From contig AP038806.1 of the NCBI GenBank assembly GCA_047150005.1, forward strand, positions 1,760,001 through 1,824,000: DNA of 64,000 nucleotides, given 5' to 3'. The position numbers were made by a program, and so were the translations under genes. Under the pieces are notes generated by a model. The model made no database searches. It worked only from the letters and a program-made list of their open reading frames with translations, and was not told the origin of the DNA. Shown piece by piece: positions 1-8,037 of the stretch. Every line of letters begins with the position of its first letter. Within the stretch, counting starts at the first letter, position 1. This DNA comes from Nitrospira sp. GTDB taxonomy: Bacteria > Nitrospirota > Nitrospiria > Nitrospirales > Nitrospiraceae.

Positions 1-317
1 CCCTGCTCGGCCAGCCCTTCGGCAATGTCCTTGACGGTCACGGAGCCGAACATCTTGTCGTCTTTACCCACCTGCGCCTCCACGGTCAGCGTGACCGTGG
101 ACAGCTTCTTGGCATGACCCTCGATTTCCAGCTTTTCCTTCTTGGCCCGTTCGGCCGCAACCCGCTTGGCATGCTCAAAGGACTTGATATTCCGATCGTT
201 GGCGACGACGGCTTTCTTGCGAGGGAGCAAGAAGTTCCTCGCGAATCCGTCTTTGACATCGATGAGATCGCCCAAATGGCCGACCCCATCCATGGTCTCC
301 TGTAGAATGACCTTCAT
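1..317 (-). CDS. rplI: 50S ribosomal protein L9 (5' part; runs off window start)
   Basis: Manual translation from ATG at 317: MKVILQETMDGVGHLGDLIDVKDGFARNFLLPRKKA..., the classic L9 N-terminus. AGGAG RBS upstream. Absent from the ORF track because the gene is truncated by the window. Confidence 0.95.
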   Translation of the reverse strand, partial: MKVILQETMDGVGHLGDLIDVKDGFARNFLLPRKKAVVANDRNIKSFEHAKRVAAERAKKEKLEIEGHAKKLSTVTLTVEAQVGKDDKMFGSVTVKDIAEGLAEQ

Positions 318-348
318 GGCCCTAACTCCTTCTGTTGGAAAGAAAAAG

Positions 349-377
349 AGAATACTGGCGGGAGGCTGAAAAGTCAA
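349..377 (-). promoter_or_regulatory. sigma70-like promoter for rplI
   Basis: Minus strand TTGACT-17 bp-TATTCT. Confidence 0.55.
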
Positions 378-526
378 TTCTGTTCTTCGGTGTCCTACGG
401 ATTCGCCGGGCCACTTGGGTGGGCGTCTCTCTGCTCCAGGACGTCGGTAGTCAACTGGACTCACGGCCTCGGCTGCCCGTATGATGTCGCATCACAGTTG
501 CCTTGCCGCTTAGCCGCTCGGGACGC

Positions 527-1978
527 ATGCCTATTGCCGCGCGAGATTTGATTCAGCTTTGGGCCGATCGGCTTTCCGACGATCAACTCCGGCCGGCGGT
601 CGCGGAAATGGACCGCCCGATCGCGCCGATAGACGGGCGTCTGCTTCAGACCGTCGGGGCGCTCCACCTCTATGAGTTCGTCTTGCCTGCCGGCCGAACG
701 CTCGCCACCGATGTGCCCTTTTCAATCGTTCCCTCGGATGACGTGGAACCGACGGAGGGGGTGGTGCTTCGCTCTCAGGGCAATATTCTGCTTGCGCAGG
801 CCGTGGATGCCATTGGCCCAGTGGTGACTGGGGCGACCATCGTGCCCGACTATGCGGGAAGTCTGGCGTCCCGCGGCACCAGATTGACCGAGATGCTTGC
901 TCAAGCTGATACCGCCCGGCTCGGACCGGCCGATCGCCTGGCTCCGATGCTCGAAGCGGTTTCTGGGCAAGAGGAAGCCGGCGGAGTCGCCATGCTGTCC
1001 ACGGTATGGTCCGACGACGCGGCGACGAGACGACAGCGCATCGCGGCGCTGGCGATCGAGGCGATTCGAGCGAACAAACGGATTCTGCTCGTGTGCCCGG
1101 ATCATGATGCGGCGGACGAGGTGGCCGGCTCCATCGCCCGGGCCATGAAGGCCGGGGGACTCGTCTACAAGACCTGGATCAGCCGCTACGAGATGACCCT
1201 GGCGCGGGAAGCAGCCGGCCTGCCCATCCATGAGTTGGGATTCGAGGCGCAGATGCACCAATTCTATGCCAAGTCCCGCGCGGAAAAAGCCACGCTCCGA
1301 CGCAAGTACGAGCGGTTCCGGGAACTGACGCCGCTGCTGGCCTACAAGTCGCAAAAGCAGAAGGACCTCGACGAAGTGCGCCTGCTCGAATGGCGACTGT
1401 TGACCCAAGTGAACGACCTTCGGCGGAAACTCCAGGAGGGAAACGAGACGCTCGCGGAGTATGAGAAGCTGCCGCTCCTGCGCCGGCTCAGCATGCAGGC
1501 TGTGGGCAAGAACGTCGAATCGCTGCACCAGTATCGGGAACTCTACGAAAGCCAAATCGCGGATCTCATGAAGGAACTGGAGATCGCCAGGGCCCGCATC
1601 GCCGAGCTGGCGCCCGAGGCGGCGGTGCCTAAGGACATACGACCCGAATTCGAAGAGTTGAAGGAAGACATCGTGCGGCTGGGAGGGACGAAAAAAATCC
1701 GGGAACTGCTCGCGGCCGAAGAAAACACCAACCGCCAAGCGTTCATTCAGAACCGGCGCTTGGTCATCACCACCGCGGCTCGTATATTGGGCGATCCATT
1801 ATTCAGCCGTGTCAGGTTCGATGTTCTCATCGCCGACAACGCCCCCTGGATCGGAGGGGCGGAGCTGCTCGGATCGGCGGCTCTCGTGCGAGAGCGGATT
1901 ATCCTGACCGGCGCCCGACAGGACATCGCGACGGCGGGCCTGTGGACATCGACTGCCTTGTCGTCTCGTGGCGGCTGA
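527..1978 (+). CDS. Upf1/DNA2-like SF1 helicase N-terminal (AAA_11-like) protein with coiled-coil insert and degenerate ATPase motifs
   Basis: KRILLVCPDHDAADEV (motif Ia-like), RRLVITTA, FDVLIADNA (Walker B-like), IILTG. Walker A is replaced and the second RecA domain is absent. ATG at 527 preferred over TTG at 503. Confidence 0.65.
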   Translation: MPIAARDLIQLWADRLSDDQLRPAVAEMDRPIAPIDGRLLQTVGALHLYEFVLPAGRTLATDVPFSIVPSDDVEPTEGVVLRSQGNILLAQAVDAIGPVVTGATIVPDYAGSLASRGTRLTEMLAQADTARLGPADRLAPMLEAVSGQEEAGGVAMLSTVWSDDAATRRQRIAALAIEAIRANKRILLVCPDHDAADEVAGSIARAMKAGGLVYKTWISRYEMTLAREAAGLPIHELGFEAQMHQFYAKSRAEKATLRRKYERFRELTPLLAYKSQKQKDLDEVRLLEWRLLTQVNDLRRKLQEGNETLAEYEKLPLLRRLSMQAVGKNVESLHQYRELYESQIADLMKELEIARARIAELAPEAAVPKDIRPEFEELKEDIVRLGGTKKIRELLAAEENTNRQAFIQNRRLVITTAARILGDPLFSRVRFDVLIADNAPWIGGAELLGSAALVRERIILTGARQDIATAGLWTSTALSSRGG

Positions 1979-2002
1979 GCGGCGATCGTCCAAGAGAGTT
2001 GC

Positions 2003-2032
2003 TTGACGCGGACGAGGGCAATTCAGGATAAT
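2003..2032 (+). promoter_or_regulatory. sigma70-like promoter for tRNA-Leu(CAG)
   Basis: TTGACG-18 bp-GATAAT about 30 nt upstream of the tRNA. Confidence 0.5.
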
Positions 2033-2063
2033 CCCGTTCCTCGTCCGTTTGAACAAGCCTCTT

Positions 2064-2150
2064 GCCGAAGTGGCGGAACTGGCAGACGCACTAGATTCAG
2101 GGTCTAGCGCCCGCAAGGGTGTCCGGGTTCAAATCCCGGCTTCGGCACCA
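2064..2150 (+). tRNA. tRNA-Leu(CAG)
   Basis: GCCGAAG acceptor stem, anticodon arm CTAGA-TTCAGGG-TCTAG, long variable arm, GGTTCAAATCC T-loop, encoded CCA. Confidence 0.97.
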
Positions 2151-2397
2151 CCCATCAGACCTGCCTAAGTGTTCAATGAGCTAGAAACGCGAACGGAACA
2201 TGGATCAGCAGCGAGATGCTGACCTTTTCCTCTTCGACATGATCGCGCGGCGAAAGATCCCTTTGCGTACGCCAGTCCCTCCACCGATGTACAAAAGAGT
2301 TTGTCTTCGGTCCCTCCCGAGATGGAACGCCTCAATAATGCAGGGAAAGCCGCGCTGCACCCCGACGGCATCGCATCTGCATCCCATGGTGCCAGTC

Positions 2398-2709
2398 ATG
2401 ATCGAGCGCCGCTATCAACGATACCCTGTCTCACTCCCGTGCGCCCTGTTGGCGCATGATGGGCCGCACATCACCCGATCCGTCGATCTTTCCAGCAAGG
2501 GCTGTCGGATTCAGAATACCGTTCGGGTTGTTCCCAATATGGTGATCGACCTCTTACTCTTCACGGGGGACGACCTGCCCATTGCGATTCAGTCCGCGAA
2601 TGTTCGGTGGTGTGGAGCGGAGGGCATCGGCATCGAGTTTCAGGCCCTCGCCTCCTACCATCAACAGCGCCTGAATCTCCTGCTCAATCAACTGAAGAAG
2701 CCGCACTAG
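2398..2709 (+). CDS. stand-alone PilZ domain protein
   Basis: RRYQR (RxxxR) and DLSSKG (DxSxxG) motifs, VRW...GIEF ending. Start at ATG 2398 or 2386; the 2200 extension is unlikely. Confidence 0.85.
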   Translation: MIERRYQRYPVSLPCALLAHDGPHITRSVDLSSKGCRIQNTVRVVPNMVIDLLLFTGDDLPIAIQSANVRWCGAEGIGIEFQALASYHQQRLNLLLNQLKKPH

Positions 2710-2930
2710 CGGTCATTGCCTGCCTGCTTCAACTCCAGAACACAACCGAGTCAGCGATCATTGTTCGTGCGATTCCTCCCGCGGGTTTGTCTGTCTGCGT
2801 CGCGCCATGTCGTCCGCGGGCAGCTGCAATACGTCCAGTCTCCTGCTAGGATCCACTTCCATGATTCAGAGACCTCGGCCACGCCATCTGTGGCGGTGGG
2901 CGACTCGAGGTGGAAGAAGGAGGGATGACG

Positions 2931-3422
2931 ATGTGGACGACCACTCGCAGTATATCGATCATCGGTCTTGTCCTGTCGTGGCTGCTCTGTCTCGACGGAT
3001 CTCTCCCCGTTCGGGCGGAAACCGTGTCGATCCTGAATGCCGGCAACAAGATGGAAGGCATTCTGGTCGAGGCTGCGATGAAGCGGCAGCTCCGGGCTGA
3101 CGGCTATACCGTCACGGATGAGACGATGGAGGGGTATCTCCTCATCGTGGGAGTCCTGCCCAATATCACCTTGGGAGGAGAAAAACGCGGGGTGATCGGG
3201 AACGTCGTCGTGTCCTCGGTCAGCGTGCCGGCGACGGAAGATTCGGCCGGAAGCGATCGATGTAAGAGGGGGCACGATCAGGCCCAGCGAGTTACGGACG
3301 TGGTGGGGGCCAGAATCCTGTACGTCAATGGCACGATTGCACAGGCTCCCAACGAGGAGTCACTCGCGGAAATGCTGAGTACGTTCGCCATACGCGAGAT
3401 CCGAACGATGACTGGAAGGTGA
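2931..3422 (+). CDS. hypothetical exported protein
   Basis: AAGGAGG RBS 7 nt before ATG 2931; hydrophobic signal peptide ending VRA. Confidence 0.65.
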   Translation: MWTTTRSISIIGLVLSWLLCLDGSLPVRAETVSILNAGNKMEGILVEAAMKRQLRADGYTVTDETMEGYLLIVGVLPNITLGGEKRGVIGNVVVSSVSVPATEDSAGSDRCKRGHDQAQRVTDVVGARILYVNGTIAQAPNEESLAEMLSTFAIREIRTMTGR

Positions 3423-3536
3423 TCGGACTGACGAGCCGAACGTGCTACGCGTGTGGAGCGAGGGTCTTGATGGCGAGGAGGAGGACGGGCTCGCCGAATG
3501 ACACGACGTCCTTTCAAGCCTTGGGAGGAACGACTT

Positions 3537-4454
3537 GTGGACATTGTGATGGCCGGTGGAACGGGCTTTATCGGCAGGAGTCTTTGTGAAGCTCTGCAAC
3601 AGCACGGCCACCATGTCACCGTCCTTACCAGACGCCCCGCCTACGCGAAACGGCTGTTCGGATCAGGTGTGAATGCGGTCGAGTGGGATGCGATAACGCC
3701 TGGAAGGTGGGAGCAGGTTTTGAACGGGGCGCAAGCCGTGATCAATCTGGCCGGTGCGTCGATCGGCGATTCCCGCTGGACGGAGAGTCGCAAGCGGCTG
3801 CTCACAGAAAGCCGGGTGCTGCTAACCCGTCTCCTGGTCCAGACCTGCGCCAACCTCGCCACGAAGCCTCAGGTCGTGATCAACGCCTCGGGCGTCGGCT
3901 TCTATGGCCCTCGTGGCGAAGAAGTTCTCGATGAGTCGTGCGAGGGGGGGCGTGGATTTCTCGCTGAGCTCTGCGTGCAATGGGAGTCCGCCGCGCAGGA
4001 AGCGTCGTCTTACGGAATACGAGTCGTGTGCGTGAGGACCGGCATGGTTCTCGAACAAGGTGGAGGGGCGTTGCCTCGTATGGCGCTTCCGTTCCGGTGC
4101 TTTCTTGGCGGACCGGTCATGCCGGGTACCCAATGGATCTCGTGGATTCATCGCGACGACATGATCGGGATCATAGAATGGGCACTGACGAATCAGCATG
4201 TGGTCGGCCCGGTCAATGCCGTTGCTCCGACGCCGGTCACCATGAGGGACTTCTGCGATACGCTCGGACGGGTCTTGCGCAGACCTTCATGGCTTCGGGT
4301 GCCTGAATTCGTCTTGAAGGCCGGTCTGGGAGAGCTTGGCTCCCTGATGACGACGGGTCAGAACGTGGCGCCGGTCGTCGCGCTGCAGGGCGGCTACCGA
4401 TTCCGCTACCCTATGCTTGAGGGAGCGTTGCAGGCGATTTGGACCAAGGCGTGA
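3537..4454 (+). CDS. TIGR01777/YfcH-family NAD-dependent epimerase-like protein
   Basis: GGTGFIG Rossmann motif, VINLAG, ASGVGFYG, SWIHRDD, GPVNAVAP. GGAGG RBS before GTG 3537. Confidence 0.92.
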   Translation: MDIVMAGGTGFIGRSLCEALQQHGHHVTVLTRRPAYAKRLFGSGVNAVEWDAITPGRWEQVLNGAQAVINLAGASIGDSRWTESRKRLLTESRVLLTRLLVQTCANLATKPQVVINASGVGFYGPRGEEVLDESCEGGRGFLAELCVQWESAAQEASSYGIRVVCVRTGMVLEQGGGALPRMALPFRCFLGGPVMPGTQWISWIHRDDMIGIIEWALTNQHVVGPVNAVAPTPVTMRDFCDTLGRVLRRPSWLRVPEFVLKAGLGELGSLMTTGQNVAPVVALQGGYRFRYPMLEGALQAIWTKA

Positions 4455-4641
4455 AGGAGGCCGACCATGGCAAGGTTCATCGACTATGTGCAGGCCCTGG
4501 CTGCCGGAGTCGACACCGATCTCCAAGGCGCCGGAACCGGCTTCATCAGCGGTCGCTCTATCTTAATTCTGCCGTGCTCTGCACGGGGCTGTCCCTGGTC
4601 GCGCTCGCAGCATAAAAGGTTTCAACCCAGGAGGAATCCAC

Positions 4642-5094
4642 ATGACACTCGGAATGTTGTCGATGTCAATCACCGTCATAGCCGGCCTGTTGTTCATCGC
4701 GTCGCCCGCCGGGGCGGATCAGTCGACCGATCAGACATCGTCCAAGCACGGGGAAGAGGCGACGCGCCCCAAGGGGGTGATCGGCGTGTCGTTGCAGGTG
4801 GGCGCCGAGCGTATCGGCGATCCGGCCATGCTCTGCGTCGCCATGGTGCATCCGGAAGGGCCGGCTCACGGGGCCGGCCTGGTGCATGGGGACGAGATTC
4901 TGTCGGTCGACGGGACGCCTGTGTCGGGCAAGACCTATGATCAGGTGGTGAACATGATCCGTGGCGAGGCAGGGACGGCGGTGAAACTCAGTGTGAAGGG
5001 AGAGGGAGCCGCTCGGGAGGTGTCCGTTACGCGCATCGACAGCGACCATCTTTCGAAAGGGCCGAAGGGATCACACGCCGATCCGGCTCGCTAG
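4642..5094 (+). CDS. exported PDZ-domain protein
   Basis: Signal peptide; GVIGV...PEGPA..AGL..GDEILSVDG...IRGEAGTAVKL PDZ pattern; AGGAGG RBS. Confidence 0.85.
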   Translation: MTLGMLSMSITVIAGLLFIASPAGADQSTDQTSSKHGEEATRPKGVIGVSLQVGAERIGDPAMLCVAMVHPEGPAHGAGLVHGDEILSVDGTPVSGKTYDQVVNMIRGEAGTAVKLSVKGEGAAREVSVTRIDSDHLSKGPKGSHADPAR

Positions 5095-5303
5095 CACTCA
5101 TGATGCCAGGCGGCGCGCCCTCTTCGTCGAGGGGTCGACCAAGGGGAACGAGCCGAAGCCGGTCTCCCAGGAGTTCCACCGATGCGCGGGGTCGTCCGGT
5201 TGAGAAGAGAGTTGCGGCTTGAAGACAACCACCTCACCCCCATTGTCGATCATAGGCAATCGAGAGAGGAATACTCGCAGATCGGCAAGCCGGCGGTGGT
5301 CAG

Positions 5304-6278
5304 ATGACGGCTCCGGTCCTCCGGTTAGGGATTAGCCGATGTCTCCTCGGCGACAACGTTCGATTCGATGGAGGACACAAACGTGACGGCTTTCTGACGG
5401 ATGTGTTCGGCCGGTATGTCGAATGGGTTCCCGTTTGTCCTGAGGTGGAGGCAGGGCTCGGCACGCCGCGCGAGGCGATGCGACTGGTCGGTGATTCCCG
5501 GTGTCCCCGCCTCGTGACGATCAAGAGCGGAATCGATCATACGCGCGCGTTGGAGAGGATGACGGCTCGCCGCGTTCAGGAACTGGAAGCATTGGATCTG
5601 TCCGGGTACGTGTTCAAGAAAGACTCTCCAAGCTGCGGCATGGAGCGCGTTCGTGTCTACAACCAACAGGGGATGCCGAGCCGACAGGGCGTCGGCATCT
5701 TCGCGGGCGCATTCATGAAGCAGTTTCCGATGATCCCCGTGGAGGAAGAAGGAAGGCTTTGCAATCCCCTCTTGCGGGGGAACTTCATTGAGCGGGTCTT
5801 CGGCTACCGCCGGTTCCAGGATTTGCTTGCCGGGGGCGTGACCAGGAAAGCCGTGGTCAGATTCCATACGATACACAACTATCTGCTGCTGGCTCACAGT
5901 GCCCAGGACTACCAGGCGTTGGGTCGCTTGGTGGGTCAGTGCAACCGGTATCGTCCGAAAGATCTGGCCCTCCGGTATGGACAACTATTCATGAGGGCCT
6001 TGACCGTCAAAGCGACGGCTCGGAAGCATGTGAACGTGCTGCAGCACATCGTGGGGTATTTCAAGGAGCGTCTGACTGTTCAGGCGAAGGATGAATTGCT
6101 GCGCCTCATCGAGGACTATCACAATGGGATGACTCCTTTGATTGTCCCGCTGACGTTGGTCAAGCACTACGTGCAGTTGTTCGACGTCGGCTACATTCGC
6201 GACCAGGTGTACCTCAATCCCTATCCAAGGGAGCTGATGCTCCGTAACCATACAGAGGAGATCGCATGCCGCCGGTAA
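5304..6278 (+). CDS. YbgA-family protein (DUF523 + DUF1722)
   Basis: GISRCLLGDNVRFDGGH, VCPEVEAGLGTPR, KKDSPSCG, NVLQHIVGYFK, YLNPYP. Confidence 0.92.
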   Translation: MTAPVLRLGISRCLLGDNVRFDGGHKRDGFLTDVFGRYVEWVPVCPEVEAGLGTPREAMRLVGDSRCPRLVTIKSGIDHTRALERMTARRVQELEALDLSGYVFKKDSPSCGMERVRVYNQQGMPSRQGVGIFAGAFMKQFPMIPVEEEGRLCNPLLRGNFIERVFGYRRFQDLLAGGVTRKAVVRFHTIHNYLLLAHSAQDYQALGRLVGQCNRYRPKDLALRYGQLFMRALTVKATARKHVNVLQHIVGYFKERLTVQAKDELLRLIEDYHNGMTPLIVPLTLVKHYVQLFDVGYIRDQVYLNPYPRELMLRNHTEEIACRR

Positions 6279-6829
6279 AGCAAGGAGTGGTGCTCGTCGG
6301 GCACGGAGGCATTCCGAAGGATTGTCCGCAGGAACTGGTGACGAAACTGAAGCGACTGGAGGCACAACGACGCGCCGCTCATCTGTCGCCGTCGCCGGAA
6401 GAGCACGAATTGGACGAGAGGATCAGGCGCTGGCCCCGGACGGACGTCACCGATCCCTATCAGGCCGGCCTGGAATCGGTGGCTCGTCAGCTCCGAACAC
6501 GGCTGAAAGGCGTGTTGTTTGCCGTTGCGTACAATGAGTTCTGTGCGCCGACTTTGGAGGAGGCCGTCAAGGATCTGGTCGGTCGGGGTGCCGCGCAGAT
6601 CACCGTCGCGACGACGATGTTTACGCCGGGCGGATCGCATTCGGAGATCGAAATCCCGGAAATTCTGGATCGGTTACGCCGGGAACATCCAACGGTGGTC
6701 TTACGCTATGCATGGCCCTTCGACCTTTCGGCCGTCGCCGATCTCTTGCACGGACAGGTCACGAGGTTCGTCCAAAGCAGTGGTGAACTCGATTCCTCGG
6801 GTGGTATTCGTCATCCCGACTCGCGCTGA
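6266..6829 (+). CDS. CbiX/SirB-type sirohydrochlorin chelatase
   Basis: LVGHGG, AYNEFCAPT, MFTPGGSHSEIEIP (His ligands of the CbiX family). Confidence 0.8.
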   Translation: MPPVKQGVVLVGHGGIPKDCPQELVTKLKRLEAQRRAAHLSPSPEEHELDERIRRWPRTDVTDPYQAGLESVARQLRTRLKGVLFAVAYNEFCAPTLEEAVKDLVGRGAAQITVATTMFTPGGSHSEIEIPEILDRLRREHPTVVLRYAWPFDLSAVADLLHGQVTRFVQSSGELDSSGGIRHPDSR

Positions 6830-6994
6830 GCCGATCACCGGGCGTAGTCCGTCAGATACACACCTACACAACCCTTGGTCACCTCTACCTAAGAAAGTCA
6901 GGGGCTTACATCCGTGGAGGGTGGGGCACAGAGGTTGCTGTCGACAGCCCTGCTTCCCCGTGGAAGCAACGGCCGGTAGTCGAGGGTATACCTT

Positions 6995-7393
6995 ATGACG
7001 TGTTGCGTCTCAGTTGAAGAAATCCGGTCCAATCCATGCTCAGCCGGTAGGCCATCGGCCAGCACAACCCGAGACTTGGTCATGGGTTGGTGCTCGACGG
7101 AACTCGAATGGGCTGCCTCCGCGGCTTGCAGCGCTCCAACTCTTCGGAGGCAGGTGACGCGGCATGTCCGTGGATATCTGGGGCTCCTATGGAGAACCGG
7201 CGCGTTGCGCGGGGAACAGCCGCGGGACGCGTTCAGCGTGGCTTGCGACATGGCGACAAGGAGCAAAGCCGATCTCCGCGAAGGCGCTCTGATCTGCCGG
7301 GTGGGGATCGCACCGGCTGGATCCACCGAGTTCGTCTTTCTCCGAATTCGAATCCGTCTGCAATCCCCTTCAACCCCGCTGGTGGCTGCCTGA
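6995..7393 (+). CDS. orphan phage/eCIS tail-sheath C-terminal domain (possibly a remnant)
   Basis: LEWA...LRRQV...V.GYL..LWRTGALRG...DAFSV.CD.......DL.EG.LICRVGIAP...EFVFLRI matches the contractile sheath C-terminal pattern. Start uncertain (6995 or 7082). Confidence 0.65.
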   Translation: MTCCVSVEEIRSNPCSAGRPSASTTRDLVMGWCSTELEWAASAACSAPTLRRQVTRHVRGYLGLLWRTGALRGEQPRDAFSVACDMATRSKADLREGALICRVGIAPAGSTEFVFLRIRIRLQSPSTPLVAA

Positions 7394-7417
7394 ATCGTGT
7401 GCGGGCGCTTCCTCCGG

Positions 7418-7591
7418 CTATGGAGGAGGAACTTTGGCACCCTTGCGTCTGGCTTCCGACAAGCCGATGGCGATGGCCTGCTTTCTGCTGGTGACGCGGT
7501 TGCCGCTCTTTCCGCTTTTCAACGAGCCCTTCTTGCGCTTGTGCATCGCCCGTTTCACGGACTTCCGAGCGCCCTTTCCATATCGTGCCAT
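7418..7591 (-). CDS. small basic DUF6496-like protein (57 aa)
   Basis: Manual translation MARYGKGARKSVKRAMHKRKKGSLKSGKSGNRVTSRKQAIAIGLSEARRKGAKVPPP*; QAIAIGLSEAR signature. Below the ORF-track length cut-off. Confidence 0.8.
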   Translation of the reverse strand: MARYGKGARKSVKRAMHKRKKGSLKSGKSGNRVTSRKQAIAIGLSEARRKGAKVPPP

Positions 7592-7668
7592 GGAACCACC
7601 CTGCTCTTAACTCGAGTGTTCTGAACAACTCTTCCTGCGGCAGCAATCGGCCTCATGGCCGGATCGTT

Positions 7669-7843
7669 TCAATCCGCGCGTTGGAGTGTTGTGGTGCGGC
7701 CCCCGGTCGGTCACATAGGCCTTGACTTGATCGCCGACGACCACCTTATCCATCTTCGTGCTCTTATCGACGTGGACCTTGGTTTTCTTCCCATTATTGT
7801 CCTTGATCCAATAGTCCTCACCCTCCATCCGCTTCTCGATCAC
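7669..7843 (-). pseudogene. 5'-truncated, frameshifted fragment of a small beta-barrel (OB-fold-like) protein
   Basis: EGEDYWIKDNNGKKTKVHVDKSTKMDKVVVGDQVKAYVTD. Removing one base from the G5 run (7700-7704) gives ...RGRTTTLQRAD*. No signal peptide or clear RBS. Confidence 0.55.
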
Positions 7844-8037
7844 TCATGAAGACTGAATAGCATGATTCGGCGAGGCGAATGGACTGGGAAGAGCCCTGGA
7901 TTGCAGTGATTTCGTGTGACCTCACGTCGGCCGCACGAGTGGCCGTAGTATTGATGATGTGAGTTTGAGGCAGGGACGTGGGCGCCGGCGATGCCGACCG
8001 AGGTCGAAGGAGGGCGGGTCCGCCGTGTCCCAGAGGA

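Noticed and set aside
2151..2397. Prophage or integrase at the tRNA-Leu(CAG) 3' end
   Set aside because: No integrase ORF and no direct repeat of the tRNA 3' end found in the window.
4467..4940. ORF with a strong RBS right after the TIGR01777 gene
   Set aside because: Only the first ~30 codons look protein-like; the rest overlaps the PDZ gene out of frame. Possibly a remnant, but not supportable.
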